A stretch of DNA of 64,000 nt, taken from NCBI GenBank assembly GCA_039818205.1, contig JBCBUK010000002.1:416001-480000 (forward strand). The letters are read 5' to 3'. Each line of letters begins with the position of its first letter. The stretch's first letter is position 1. Below are positions 9,471 through 19,160 of this stretch, in pieces. Both the position numbers and the translations under genes were made by a program. The notes under the pieces are model-generated. The model saw only the letters and a list, made by a program, of their open reading frames with translations, was not told the origin of the DNA and did no database searches. The stretch is from Verrucomicrobiota bacterium (lineage in GTDB: Bacteria; Verrucomicrobiota; Verrucomicrobiia; Opitutales; Cerasicoccaceae).

Positions 9471-10088
9471 CTAATCGACGACCTTCGCTTGGCGGGCGGC
9501 TTTTTCGTTGAGGTAAATCTCGCTTAGGCGGGCGAAATCTTCATCTTTGGTGCCGCTGACAATGACGTAATCGAAATGCTTGGATGCGAGCAGCTCGCTT
9601 TGGGCTGTTTCGATTCGGCGTTGGATTTCTGCCTCGTCATCGCTACCCCGAGTATCGAGCCGCTCCCGTATCTGATCGGCGGTTATTTCCAAGAAAACGG
9701 AAATCACCCGGCCATTGAGTGCTTCGGAATCCAAGGATGCCTGACGGTATGTCGCAGCACCTTGGACGTCCACGTTGAGCAATAAATCGACTCCAGCGGC
9801 AAGCTTCTCATCGATCTCCCGCTTCAGCGAGCCGTAGAATCGCCCATGGACCTGAGCGTGCTCGTAGAATTCGCCCTCAGCGATCATCCGCTCAAACTCC
9901 TCTGGCGGGAAAAAATAGTAGTCGGTTCCGTCAATTTCGCCCGCCCGCGGTGCGCGACTGGTCGAGGTAATTACCCGGCTGAGCCCGTCGTAGGAGTTCA
10001 GCATGCGATCGCATAGCGTCGTTTTTCCGCTGCCAGCTGGGCCGGAAACGACAAGCATGAGTCCTGATGGGGGTGAGCGGTCGGGCAT
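9471..10088 (-). CDS. gmk: Guanylate kinase
   Basis: SGPAGSGKTT P-loop; TSRAPRAGEIDGTDYYF; DVQGA. Confidence 0.93.
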   Translation of the reverse strand: MPDRSPPSGLMLVVSGPAGSGKTTLCDRMLNSYDGLSRVITSTSRAPRAGEIDGTDYYFFPPEEFERMIAEGEFYEHAQVHGRFYGSLKREIDEKLAAGVDLLLNVDVQGAATYRQASLDSEALNGRVISVFLEITADQIRERLDTRGSDDEAEIQRRIETAQSELLASKHFDYVIVSGTKDEDFARLSEIYLNEKAARQAKVVD

Positions 10089-10210
10089 CTCGGTAAGGAT
10101 TGGGTAGCGAGCCCGACCTGACAAGAAAACTCTGAGATCTTCCTCCGTGGAGAAAGCCACGAAGTGAGTGCTCCCGACAATCGGATCCGCCGATTGCGTC
10201 AAACGTTTCG

Positions 10211-10741
10211 TTACCAGAGGTTCGGATCGCGAAGTGGCGTCACGCACTGGATGTTCCCAAAGGGTGGTTGACCATCATCAGAGCTTCTAATCATGACCTG
10301 CCAACCAAAGGGGAACTGAAGCGTATAGGGCGGGACAAAATTCTTAGCTGCGTCTTGTTCGAACCCGAATCGATTGTAGTAGTTCGGATCTCCATAGACG
10401 AAAAATACTGAGACGCCCTTCTCGGATAGTGTTTTAAGGCCGCATTCTACGAGCTCAGATCCAATTCGACGTTTTTGGTGGTCCTCGGAGACTGCCAGCG
10501 GCGCGAGAATGTATCCGCGGATATCGCTCTCTTTGGCAAACGTCACTGGGCTGAACGCGACATGGCCGACGATCGAGTTATCGATTTCGGCAACTAGCGA
10601 GAGACTATCGACCGCTCCGGCTTCCAATAGTATGTCGCAGGCCAGGCTCGAGACTGCGTCTGATTCGCTTGCCGGGAAAGCGCTTGCGTAGACCTTCTGA
10701 ATTTCCTCGCGATCATGCTTAGAAGCTTCGCGGACTTTCAT
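10211..10741 (-). CDS. GNAT N-acetyltransferase (YhbS-like)
   Basis: VGHVAFSPV, LAPLAV...Q.RRIGSELV, VYGDPNYYNRFGF. Confidence 0.88.
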   Translation of the reverse strand: MKVREASKHDREEIQKVYASAFPASESDAVSSLACDILLEAGAVDSLSLVAEIDNSIVGHVAFSPVTFAKESDIRGYILAPLAVSEDHQKRRIGSELVECGLKTLSEKGVSVFFVYGDPNYYNRFGFEQDAAKNFVPPYTLQFPFGWQVMIRSSDDGQPPFGNIQCVTPLRDPNLW

Positions 10742-10763
10742 CGCTTTCGGCCCAGAAGTTTCT

Positions 10764-11330
10764 CTAGTAGGTGAAGGAGATGATCACCAAGGCGGCACCG
10801 GTCGCTACGAAGCTGACCCCGAATGCCTTGAGGCGCTTGGGTTGAGCCCAGAGCCACTCAAAGAGATTGCGCATCAGGTAGGGCATCGTGCCGATGAACA
10901 TTGCGGCAATTACCAGGATGTAAACCACGGTTACTAGAAGCAGGCGTTGTGGTTCCTCGTAGCGCATGTAGGCCGCTCCTAATACTGGCCCCGCGCCCAG
11001 GAGAATCAAGCCGGCTAGTCCGCGCACGGGCAGAAAGTCTGGCGTGAAGAAAAACGCACCAACAGCGGTTACCCCAAAGATTGCGAGCAGGATATTCTTC
11101 CAATTGCCAAAATCGGCGGGTCCGAGCTGGGTGATGTGGAAAAGGAACCAGACTGATGCGGCCCCGAAAAGGACGATCGCGGCTGGCTGGGAACGGAGTA
11201 GAGCGAAAGCCTGGCTACGCACTTTCTCGCCACCCTTCAAAAATGGTAATCCCCAGGCGATTAGAATAAGGCCAGTTATAAATGTTGCCGCAAACAAAGT
11301 CATGAAGTCCGCGAAGATGTGCCATATCAC
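10764..11330 (-). CDS. Hypothetical integral membrane protein
   Basis: 188-aa ORF with about 6 hydrophobic segments; start uncertain. Confidence 0.7.
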   Translation of the reverse strand: MIWHIFADFMTLFAATFITGLILIAWGLPFLKGGEKVRSQAFALLRSQPAAIVLFGAASVWFLFHITQLGPADFGNWKNILLAIFGVTAVGAFFFTPDFLPVRGLAGLILLGAGPVLGAAYMRYEEPQRLLLVTVVYILVIAAMFIGTMPYLMRNLFEWLWAQPKRLKAFGVSFVATGAALVIISFTY

Positions 11331-11486
11331 GGAGATTGAAAAGACTAATTTTCAGGTGCGATACGGTGTTGAATGGTCGCCTTGTATGGAGGTGAATCCT
11401 CATTTCCCGGAATATCGACCTAATCGTTTTGCCAATCGACCGAAAGTTACATAGTCTTGAGCGTATCATCTGTTGTTGTTAACACC

Positions 11487-11669
11487 ATGACTACCTCTAA
11501 AACGATTCGCTTAAATCAATCTCGACTCACTCCGAGGCAGCGACTTGAGCTGGAACGTTGGGCCCACTTGAACGGCATGAGTTTACAAGAGTACATTAGT
11601 ATGACGGAAACCATCCAATACAAATGCTTGCGCTCTCGGCAGTTCAATATGTCCCGCGTTTCTGAATAG
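11487..11669 (+). CDS. Small hypothetical protein, possibly ribbon-helix-helix-like
   Basis: ATG 11487; LTPRQRLELERWAHLNGMSLQEYI pattern; fills the gap between divergent and convergent neighbours. Confidence 0.45.
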   Translation: MTTSKTIRLNQSRLTPRQRLELERWAHLNGMSLQEYISMTETIQYKCLRSRQFNMSRVSE

Positions 11670-11689
11670 CTTTAAGCCTGTTTCTGGTG

Positions 11690-12400
11690 CTAGAACTCGA
11701 AGCCCATTTGCGAGGGCGGAGCTGGCATTTCGGTTGTCGGCTCGATACACTCGACACTGTCATTTTTCGTGCTGTTGACTAGGGGCGTCACCGGCTCGCG
11801 GACAAAATAGTCGTTGTCTGGCGCTACCAGCAGATCCTTGAATTCGGCGGGTCGCTGAGAGGTCGGGTCGAGCCAACGGTCGTAGTCCTGCTCATGAATG
11901 ATGACTGGCATGCGATCATGGATGGGGGCCATGAAATCGTTGGCTGCTGTGGTTAATATGGCCATGGATTCAATTTCTGAGCCGTCCGGAGATCCCCAGT
12001 GGTCGAACAACGCGGCAAAGCAAAAGGGTTGGCGGTCTTTGCGCCGGAAATAATAGGGCTGTTTTGTTCCACGAGTTCCTCGCCATTCGAAAAAGCCGTC
12101 GGCAGGGATGAGGCAGCGGTGGTGGCGCATCGGGCCACGAAAAGCCGGCTTGTCCGCTGCGGTTTCGGATCGCGCGTTGAGCATCTTGTAGCCAATTGAG
12201 GGCTCTTTGGCCCAGAAGGGAACCAAGCCCCAATTGAAAATAGCCAACTCGCGGGTGGCATCAGTCTCATGGGCTCGAACCGCAGCGATTGGCTGGCCCG
12301 GTGCAATATTGTAGCGCGCCTTCATTTTTGGGCTGCGCAGCAGCCGCAACTTACCGCGTAACGCGGTATCCGCTTTGGTTAATGTATATCGGCCACACAT
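11690..12400 (-). CDS. SOS response-associated peptidase (SRAP/YedK; abasic-site crosslinking family)
   Basis: N-terminal MCGRY; RYNIAP, WGLVPFW, NARSET, RCLIPADGFFEW, IHDRMPVI. Confidence 0.93.
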   Translation of the reverse strand: MCGRYTLTKADTALRGKLRLLRSPKMKARYNIAPGQPIAAVRAHETDATRELAIFNWGLVPFWAKEPSIGYKMLNARSETAADKPAFRGPMRHHRCLIPADGFFEWRGTRGTKQPYYFRRKDRQPFCFAALFDHWGSPDGSEIESMAILTTAANDFMAPIHDRMPVIIHEQDYDRWLDPTSQRPAEFKDLLVAPDNDYFVREPVTPLVNSTKNDSVECIEPTTEMPAPPSQMGFEF

Positions 12401-12521
12401 TCCGCGAACATATTCGCGACAGTTAATGTCTCAAGTCTGAATCGGTAGGGTGTCCCGTGCTAAATGAGGGAAAATTCCTTGCCTCGAACCCGATCTCGCG
12501 TCTGCTTGGTGCCCTGACATC

Positions 12522-13676
12522 ATGGCATACGACTTCGACACCATCCTAGACCGAGAAGGAACCGGATCTCTCAAGTGGGACAAATACGCGGGCCGCGACG
12601 TGCTACCCCTGTGGGTGGCGGACATGGATTTTCGCTCGGCACCCGAGATCCTTGAGGCGCTCAACGCCCGGACGGCACATGGTGTCATGGGGTATACGCT
12701 GCCACATACGGAGGTTATTGATGCCGTGCTTGGCTATTTGTCGCGTGTTCATGGCTATGAGGCCAAGGCCGAGTGGTTGCACTGGCTGCCGGGTGTCGTT
12801 CCGGCGCTGAATGTTGTCGCCCGCGCTTACGGAGGGCCCGAGGACGAGATTATGACCTGCACGCCGGTCTACCCGCCATTTCTTTCGTGCGCACCATGGC
12901 AGTCCAAGGGATTGGTTACCAGCCACCTTAAGCGGGTCGGGGATGAGTGGACCTTTGATTTTGCGGATATGGAGGCGAAGGTTTCTTCCAAAACCAAAGC
13001 CTTTATCTTGTGCAATCCGCACAATCCGGTGGGCCGGGTCTTCCGGGAAGACGAAATCCGGGCACTGGCCGATTTTTGCGAGCGCCATGACCTAATCCTG
13101 ATTTCTGATGAGATCCATAGCGACCTCTTGTTTCCGGGGAATGAGCACATCATGACGGCGACTCTCGGTGAGGATATTGCTGCGCGGACGGTGACGCTGA
13201 GTGCGCCCAGTAAAACCTATAATCTGCCGGGCCTTGCCTGCGCCTTTTCGGTGATTCCCGATGATCAATTGCGGACCCAGTTCAAACTGGCCGCCCGTGG
13301 ATTTATCACCGAAGTCAATTGTTTTGGCTATGCAGGATGTGCTGCCGCCTACAATCTAGGTGAGCCCTGGCGTGTCGAACTCATGGACTATTTGACTGGC
13401 AATCGCGACTACCTCTATGACTTTGTCGCGCAAAGCTTGCCTGGGGTTGAGTTCGAGCAAACCATGCAGGCGACCTACCTTGCATGGATGAATGTTTCCG
13501 GTCTAAAAGAGCGGGGCATTGAAAACCCTCATGCGTTCTTTGTGCGCAATGGTGTCGGCCTTTCGCCTGGTTCCGACTTTGGCGATGGTGATTACCTCCG
13601 GCTCAACTTCGGATGCCCGCGTGCCACGCTCGAGCAGGCCTTGGACCGGATGGCCAAGGCAATCGATAGCCTATAG
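12522..13676 (+). CDS. PatB/MalY family PLP-dependent C-S lyase (cystathionine beta-lyase)
   Basis: SLKWD, PLWVADMDF, LCNPHNPVGRV, SDEIHSD, SAPSKTYN, RLNFGCP. Confidence 0.9.
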   Translation: MAYDFDTILDREGTGSLKWDKYAGRDVLPLWVADMDFRSAPEILEALNARTAHGVMGYTLPHTEVIDAVLGYLSRVHGYEAKAEWLHWLPGVVPALNVVARAYGGPEDEIMTCTPVYPPFLSCAPWQSKGLVTSHLKRVGDEWTFDFADMEAKVSSKTKAFILCNPHNPVGRVFREDEIRALADFCERHDLILISDEIHSDLLFPGNEHIMTATLGEDIAARTVTLSAPSKTYNLPGLACAFSVIPDDQLRTQFKLAARGFITEVNCFGYAGCAAAYNLGEPWRVELMDYLTGNRDYLYDFVAQSLPGVEFEQTMQATYLAWMNVSGLKERGIENPHAFFVRNGVGLSPGSDFGDGDYLRLNFGCPRATLEQALDRMAKAIDSL

Positions 13677-13678
13677 CG

Positions 13679-14380
13679 CTACTGCTGAACGAGCTCGGCT
13701 TGAATCGAGGCAACGGTCTCGGAGGGATCATCTGCACGAAGAATCGGTCGCCCAACAACGATGTAGCTGCTGCCCAAGCGGGCCGCCTGTGACGGGGTCA
13801 TCACCCGTTGCTGGTCGTCAAGAGAGGATCCGGCAGGCCGTATGCCTGGAGTGACTAACGTTGAGTCAAAGGAGAGTTCGTCGCGGAGCATGCGCAGCTC
13901 TTGCGGGGAGCAAACCAATCCGCCAGCACCACTTTCGAGGGCCAGGCGTCCCAAGCGCAGAACCTGTTCATCGGTTTCGGCATCAATTCCGCAGTCGGCC
14001 AAGGATGCGCGCTTCATCGAGGTGAGCACTGTGACCGCCAATACTGTCGCATTGGGAAGCGCTTCATTCGCTGCCTCGCTGGCTGCCTGGATCATTTCCC
14101 GCCCGCCGCTGGCGTGAATGGTCAAGAGACCAACGGGTGTGCCACTCAGACTCTTAACCGCCGATGCCACCGTGTTGGGTATGTCGTGCATCTTAAGGTC
14201 GAGGAAAATGCTGTAGCCCCGTTCAGCGACAGCGTCGAGTAGGGCAGGGCCCTCTTTGACGAACAGTTGGAGCCCTATCTTAACCCATTTTAAGCCTCCC
14301 CCAATACCGTCCAGCATCGTAATCGCAGTCGATTTATCTGGAACGTCAAGGGCAAGAATCAGTTCGGTCTGTTTTGGCAT
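13679..14380 (-). CDS. pyrF: Orotidine-5'-phosphate decarboxylase
   Basis: LILALD, FLDLKMHDIPNT, VTVLTS, TPGIRP, VVGRPI. Confidence 0.95.
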   Translation of the reverse strand: MPKQTELILALDVPDKSTAITMLDGIGGGLKWVKIGLQLFVKEGPALLDAVAERGYSIFLDLKMHDIPNTVASAVKSLSGTPVGLLTIHASGGREMIQAASEAANEALPNATVLAVTVLTSMKRASLADCGIDAETDEQVLRLGRLALESGAGGLVCSPQELRMLRDELSFDSTLVTPGIRPAGSSLDDQQRVMTPSQAARLGSSYIVVGRPILRADDPSETVASIQAELVQQ

Positions 14381-14479
14381 GGCTGCATGCTGAAGCAGAC
14401 CTGAAGCACTGGCAATACTTCCTGAAAAAAGAATTTGCGAGGCGGCTCCAGATGGCCCCTCGCTTTACGACGCAACGGG

Positions 14480-14992
14480 TTACTTCCCTTGGTCAGCCCA
14501 AAGCTGGTCGGCCCGTTTCGATAGCTTCTTTTGATCGGCTGCCGATTCTTCATTCCACTTGGCGAGGGTGTCGCCCCAAAAGCCATCGTAGAATAGATAC
14601 AAGCGGCCGTCGTAGATTTTGTAGCTCTTCGGGTCGATTTCGACGCGGCTACCGTCGTCGGCCATGGCCCAGGCGCACCACCCACCGAAGGCGGGTTCAA
14701 ACTTACTGGGGTCCGTATCAAAAGATTGCTTGTTGGCCGTGCTGGAAAATCGATAGGTTACCCCATTGTATTTGCTGGTGATCGATGCTTTCCCTTTGGT
14801 GGGTTGGCCGTGAAAATAGGAAACCGGGTCGTATCCCGATAATCCTAAACCATCTTCGGTGTTGAAGGTATCTAATCGCTTTTCCGAGGACCAGTTACTT
14901 TGTCCGGCAGAGTTAGTGGGCTCTGCATGTGCAGTCAAACTAGCGACGCAAAGGGTAATGATTCCGAGCCAGGTGGTTGTTGAGTTTTTCAT
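14480..14992 (-). CDS. Secreted YHS-domain-associated protein
   Basis: Signal peptide; GYDPVSYF, YRFSS..N...F..DP.KFEPAFGGWCAWAM. Confidence 0.85.
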   Translation of the reverse strand: MKNSTTTWLGIITLCVASLTAHAEPTNSAGQSNWSSEKRLDTFNTEDGLGLSGYDPVSYFHGQPTKGKASITSKYNGVTYRFSSTANKQSFDTDPSKFEPAFGGWCAWAMADDGSRVEIDPKSYKIYDGRLYLFYDGFWGDTLAKWNEESAADQKKLSKRADQLWADQGK

Positions 14993-15019
14993 AGGAAAGT
15001 TTGTTTGTTCTAACTTATT

Positions 15020-15045
15020 AGACGGCGCAAAGCGCATTCCCTTTC
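15020..15045 (-). promoter_or_regulatory. Putative ECF sigma promoter for the YHS gene
   Basis: Minus strand reads GAAA-N17-CGTCT about 28 nt upstream of the ATG; same geometry as the motif at 41185-41210. Confidence 0.45.
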
Positions 15046-15103
15046 GATGCGTTTTGGTTTTTATTTTCTGCAAGCATCGGATTCTAAACCCGACTGAAAT
15101 GAC

Positions 15104-15532
15104 ATGAGTGATTCATCAATGAGACTATCTAAAGGTGCAATGATCGCCAGCTGGATTTTTCAAGTCGCTGTTGCAGTGATTTTGCTTCAAACCCTCTATT
15201 TCAAATTCACTGGGGCGGAGGTGACAAAGCACATCTTTGAGAGCATCAACGCCGAGCCATTTGGCCGATATGCTTCAGGTGTCGCCGAATTGATTGCTGC
15301 AATTTTTTTGCTTTGGCCACGCTTTGCCTGGTTTGGCGCAGCACTCGCAATGGGGGTATTGGCTGGTGCAATTGTCACGCACCTGGGGCCGTTGGGGATT
15401 ACTTTCGACTATCCTGGTGGACACGAAGACGGATCACTCTTCGGTTTGGGCGTGTTCGCATTCCTCGGAAGTAGCGTTGTGCTGTTTATCCGCCGCCGAT
15501 CCATTCCGATTGTTGGCGAGCGGCTTGGATAG
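15104..15532 (+). CDS. DoxX-like membrane protein
   Basis: ILLQTLYFKFTG...IF...EPFGRY..GVAELIA; about 4 TM segments. Confidence 0.8.
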   Translation: MSDSSMRLSKGAMIASWIFQVAVAVILLQTLYFKFTGAEVTKHIFESINAEPFGRYASGVAELIAAIFLLWPRFAWFGAALAMGVLAGAIVTHLGPLGITFDYPGGHEDGSLFGLGVFAFLGSSVVLFIRRRSIPIVGERLG

Positions 15533-15617
15533 AGGGCGCTTATAAATGTGAGAGCCGATTATAATTTTCAAAGTCCAGAAAGACTGCTAGATTAGCTGAA
15601 AATCCAATATTATTGCT

Positions 15618-16214
15618 ATGACAGGTCTAATTGTTTTCGGAGTTCTTATTTTAATCGGCGTCGTCTTGGTTTTCATGACGATCGGCATGTACAACAAATT
15701 GGTTACGTTACGTAACCGGTTTAAGAATGCGTTTGCGCAGATTGATGTTCAGTTGAAACGTCGCTACGACCTGATTCCCAATCTCGTTGAGACCGCAAAG
15801 GGTTATATGAAGCACGAGCGTGAGACGCTTGAAGCAGTCATCCAAGCCCGAAACATGGCAGCCTCGGCCAACGATAAGGCTGCGCAAAATCCGGACGATC
15901 CGGGCGCTATTAAGGGACTCTTGGGTGCTGAAGCTGCGTTGACCGGTACGCTGGGCAAGCTGTTTGCACTGTCGGAAGCGTATCCAGACCTGAAGGCGAA
16001 CCAGAACATGATGCAGTTGACCGAGGAGCTGACCTCGACGGAAAACAAAATCGCATTCGCCCGTCAGGCATTCAACGACTCGGTTATGGCCTACAATACC
16101 GAGCGTGAGACTTTCCCCACCGTTCTTATCGCCGGGCCATTTGGCTTTCAGCCCGCAGAGTTGTTCGAAATTACCAACCCGCAGGAACGCGAAGCTGTCA
16201 CGGTTTCGTTCTAA
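15618..16214 (+). CDS. lemA: LemA family protein
   Basis: N-terminal TM; IDVQLKRRYDLIPNLVET, EAYPDLKAN, ENKIAFARQAFN. Confidence 0.93.
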   Translation: MTGLIVFGVLILIGVVLVFMTIGMYNKLVTLRNRFKNAFAQIDVQLKRRYDLIPNLVETAKGYMKHERETLEAVIQARNMAASANDKAAQNPDDPGAIKGLLGAEAALTGTLGKLFALSEAYPDLKANQNMMQLTEELTSTENKIAFARQAFNDSVMAYNTERETFPTVLIAGPFGFQPAELFEITNPQEREAVTVSF

Positions 16215-16300
16215 CCAGACGACTAATTTGAAACAATTCCTGAGGGCCAATAAACCCTCGGGAATACCCTCGGGCGACAGCTCAACGGAAGTTTCTAACT

Positions 16301-18193
16301 ATGGACTTTTTTGCGGCTCAAGACCACGCACGTTCTCGGACGAAGTTGTTGGTTATCTACTTTATTATGGCGGTGTGCTGTATCATCGCCTCGCTGTATC
16401 TGCTCTGTATGGTTTTCTATAGCTATGGTAAGACGCCAGAGAACCAGCCTGTCCAGTGGATCTTTTGGAACCCTGAGACGCTCGGAGTCGTTGCCGTTGG
16501 GGTGATCTTGCTGGTGGGCGGTGCCAGTCTATCAAAGATTGCCCAGCTGAAAGGCGGCGGTGGCGTAGTAGCCAAGAGTGTTGGTGGTCGTCGGATTGAC
16601 CCAATGACCCAGGATTCCGATGAGCGTAAGCTGATGAATGTCGTGGAGGAAATGGCTATCGCGTCGGGGACTCCGGTGCCTGAGGTCTACATGATGGATA
16701 ACGAGGATGGCATCAATGGATTTGCTGCCGGCTACACGCCGGACGATGCCGCAATTGCCGTTACACGCGGTTGTGTCCAGCGCCTGAGCCGAGATGAGCT
16801 GCAGGGCGTTATTGCCCACGAGTTTAGCCACATCCTCAACGGCGACATGCGGATGAACATTCGGTTGATGGGGGTGCTGTTCGGTATTTTGCTGATATCA
16901 ATTATTGGCCAGGGCATCTTGCGAGCGGGCTTCTGGTCCAACGTTGGAGGCGGGCGCAAGAAGGATAACAGCGGCGCTGCGATTGCCTTGTTTGGGCTCG
17001 GTGTTCTGGTGATTGGTTATATTGGAGTTTTCTTTGGTCGATTGATTCAGAGCGCAATCTCCCGTGAGCGCGAATACTTGGCCGATGCATCAGCGGTGCA
17101 GTTTACCCGGAACCCCGAGGGGATTGGAGGCGCTTTGATGGCGATCGGCGGCGCGACATCGCAGGTCAATCATCACCACTCGTCGGAGACAGCCCACTTC
17201 TTTTTTGCCAATGCGCTCAAGAGCAGTCTGGGCGGAGCGTTTGCGACACACCCGCCGCTTCAAGATCGCATTGGTCGCATCGTGCCAAACTGGAATGGCG
17301 AATTCAAACGTGCCGACGTTCGTGAGCGCCGTTCGGAGCCGCCTCCAATGCCTAAGGCAGGTGCTAAGCATAAGATTAATCCGGCCGATATGGTTGCGGG
17401 TATTGGTGCCATTGGCGTCGCGCAGCTGGCATACGCACAGCAATCCCGCGCCCAGGCTGAGTCCACACTTGGCGAAGAGATTCACAACCCGGCAAAGGCG
17501 GGTGCCTTAATTCTCGCTCTCTTGCTCGACCGCGATGCGGGTATTCGACAAAAGCAGTTGGCATACCTCAAGCAAGATGGTGGAGCCGAGCTCGCTGACG
17601 CGGTGGCCGAAGACTATCCCAAGGCAACGGCTCAAGGGGTGCGCCAACGCCTTCCACTCATTGAAATGACTTTGCCTGCGCTGGCTCAGATTGGCCGCGA
17701 ACAGTATGACGCGCTCGTTCGCCGGATCGTTAAGTTGTCGGAGATGGACGAGGAAATCTCATTTTTTGAGTTTGCGGTGATGCGACTGGTAAAGCGCCAT
17801 CTTGGTCGGCGGTTTGACGGCGCGCATGGTTCCTCGAAAGTCATTAACTCGGCGGGCCTCGTCCGTGAGCCGTTTACCACCTTGCTCAGCACAATGGTCT
17901 GGGCGGGAGAGCCTGCGGATGGCTCCGAGGCGCAGGCGGTCTTTAATCAAGCCGTTGCCAACGCGCCGCTGTTTCATGGTCAGGTGAAATTGCAGCCGAT
18001 TGACGCTTTGGATTTCAACGCGCTCGATCAATCCTTGGATCAATTGGCGCAGGCGAACTTCGGTTTAAAAAAACAGATTCTTGCGGCCTGCGCGACGGCA
18101 GTTGCGCACGATGGGGAAGTCAATGACGACGAGGGCGAGTTGATTCGGGCGGTCGCGGTTACTTTGGATTGCCCGATGCCACCACTGGTTTGA
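16301..18193 (+). CDS. M48 (HtpX-like) membrane metalloprotease with long C-terminal extension
   Basis: MDFF..Q N-terminus; ELQGVIAHEFSH zinc motif; SREREYLADA; THPP. Confidence 0.9.
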   Translation: MDFFAAQDHARSRTKLLVIYFIMAVCCIIASLYLLCMVFYSYGKTPENQPVQWIFWNPETLGVVAVGVILLVGGASLSKIAQLKGGGGVVAKSVGGRRIDPMTQDSDERKLMNVVEEMAIASGTPVPEVYMMDNEDGINGFAAGYTPDDAAIAVTRGCVQRLSRDELQGVIAHEFSHILNGDMRMNIRLMGVLFGILLISIIGQGILRAGFWSNVGGGRKKDNSGAAIALFGLGVLVIGYIGVFFGRLIQSAISREREYLADASAVQFTRNPEGIGGALMAIGGATSQVNHHHSSETAHFFFANALKSSLGGAFATHPPLQDRIGRIVPNWNGEFKRADVRERRSEPPPMPKAGAKHKINPADMVAGIGAIGVAQLAYAQQSRAQAESTLGEEIHNPAKAGALILALLLDRDAGIRQKQLAYLKQDGGAELADAVAEDYPKATAQGVRQRLPLIEMTLPALAQIGREQYDALVRRIVKLSEMDEEISFFEFAVMRLVKRHLGRRFDGAHGSSKVINSAGLVREPFTTLLSTMVWAGEPADGSEAQAVFNQAVANAPLFHGQVKLQPIDALDFNALDQSLDQLAQANFGLKKQILAACATAVAHDGEVNDDEGELIRAVAVTLDCPMPPLV

Positions 18194-18197
18194 TCGC

Positions 18198-19160
18198 CTA
18201 GGACTGAATGATCACTCGTAAGTCGTCCCGGCTCGCCGCAAAATCACGAATTTGAGCAGGAGCCATTAGGCACAGCCCGGTTGATAGTGCGTCGGCTTCG
18301 GTTGCGGTGTCAGCGATTACGCTTACCGCCGTGCAGTAGTGGCTGGGCTTACCGGTCCGTGGGTCCAGTAGGTGATGGTAACGACCACTCTCTTCAAACG
18401 GGCTTCCGTAGCCGCCGCTGGTAGCCAAGGCAGTGTTGTTGAGTTCGATCCGCTCAAACAGTGAGGATTGTTTCTTGGCCTCCACGATGCCAATGCGCCA
18501 GGGGTCACCAGATGGCTTTGGCCCGACGGCCCGGGTTTCACCAAGTTCGACCAAGACATTCTCGTAACCCTCGGACTGGAGAATCTCCGAGATGCGGTCG
18601 GTAATGAAGCCCTGCGCGATGCCATTGAGCGTGATGGCCATGCCTGCTTGTTGGAAGCGGATGGCACCGGATTCAACGGATACTTGAGACCAGCCGACGC
18701 GTGAAAGCGTTTTTTTGATAGCCTCGGCGCTTGGCCCAACTTGTGCGCTTGGGTTTTGCGCAAAGTGTTTTGAATATAATTTCCATAGCGGCTGGACCGT
18801 CGGATCAAAGGAGCCGCCCGTCGATCGGTAAGCCTGGTCGGCCGCTTGCAGGATGCTGATCAGCTCCGATGGCGGGGAAGCCAATTGGCCTCCTCGGTTC
18901 AGTTCGGAGATACTCGAACTGGAATCATAGAGGCTAAAGATCTTTTCGAGCCGGCGAATCTCGGCGAAGCAATGCTCGATCGAGGCCTGCGCTTTGTGGG
19001 AGTCGTCTGAAAACAGCCGAAACTGTCCTTCGGCGCCCAACAAGAATCCGTTCCAGGAATATTCCTTAAGGGCAAGGCCACGTTGAGCTCGGAGTGTTTC
19101 GGAGAATGAAAGTCCGGCAATTCCGGTGGCAGCGATTCTGATGAAGCGGCGGCGATTCAT
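18198..19160 (-). CDS. apbE: FAD:protein FMN transferase (ApbE family), Tat signal
   Basis: MNRRRF; FDPTVQPL; TLNGIAQG; ALATSGGY; HLLDPRTG; ADALST. Confidence 0.92.
   Translation of the reverse strand: MNRRRFIRIAATGIAGLSFSETLRAQRGLALKEYSWNGFLLGAEGQFRLFSDDSHKAQASIEHCFAEIRRLEKIFSLYDSSSSISELNRGGQLASPPSELISILQAADQAYRSTGGSFDPTVQPLWKLYSKHFAQNPSAQVGPSAEAIKKTLSRVGWSQVSVESGAIRFQQAGMAITLNGIAQGFITDRISEILQSEGYENVLVELGETRAVGPKPSGDPWRIGIVEAKKQSSLFERIELNNTALATSGGYGSPFEESGRYHHLLDPRTGKPSHYCTAVSVIADTATEADALSTGLCLMAPAQIRDFAASRDDLRVIIQS

Noticed and set aside
10150..10213. Possible integron attC remnant after the GNAT gene (TAAC at the stop codon, caatcgg/ccgattg hairpin)
   Set aside because: No complementary GTTRRRY end, no second copy and no integrase in the window
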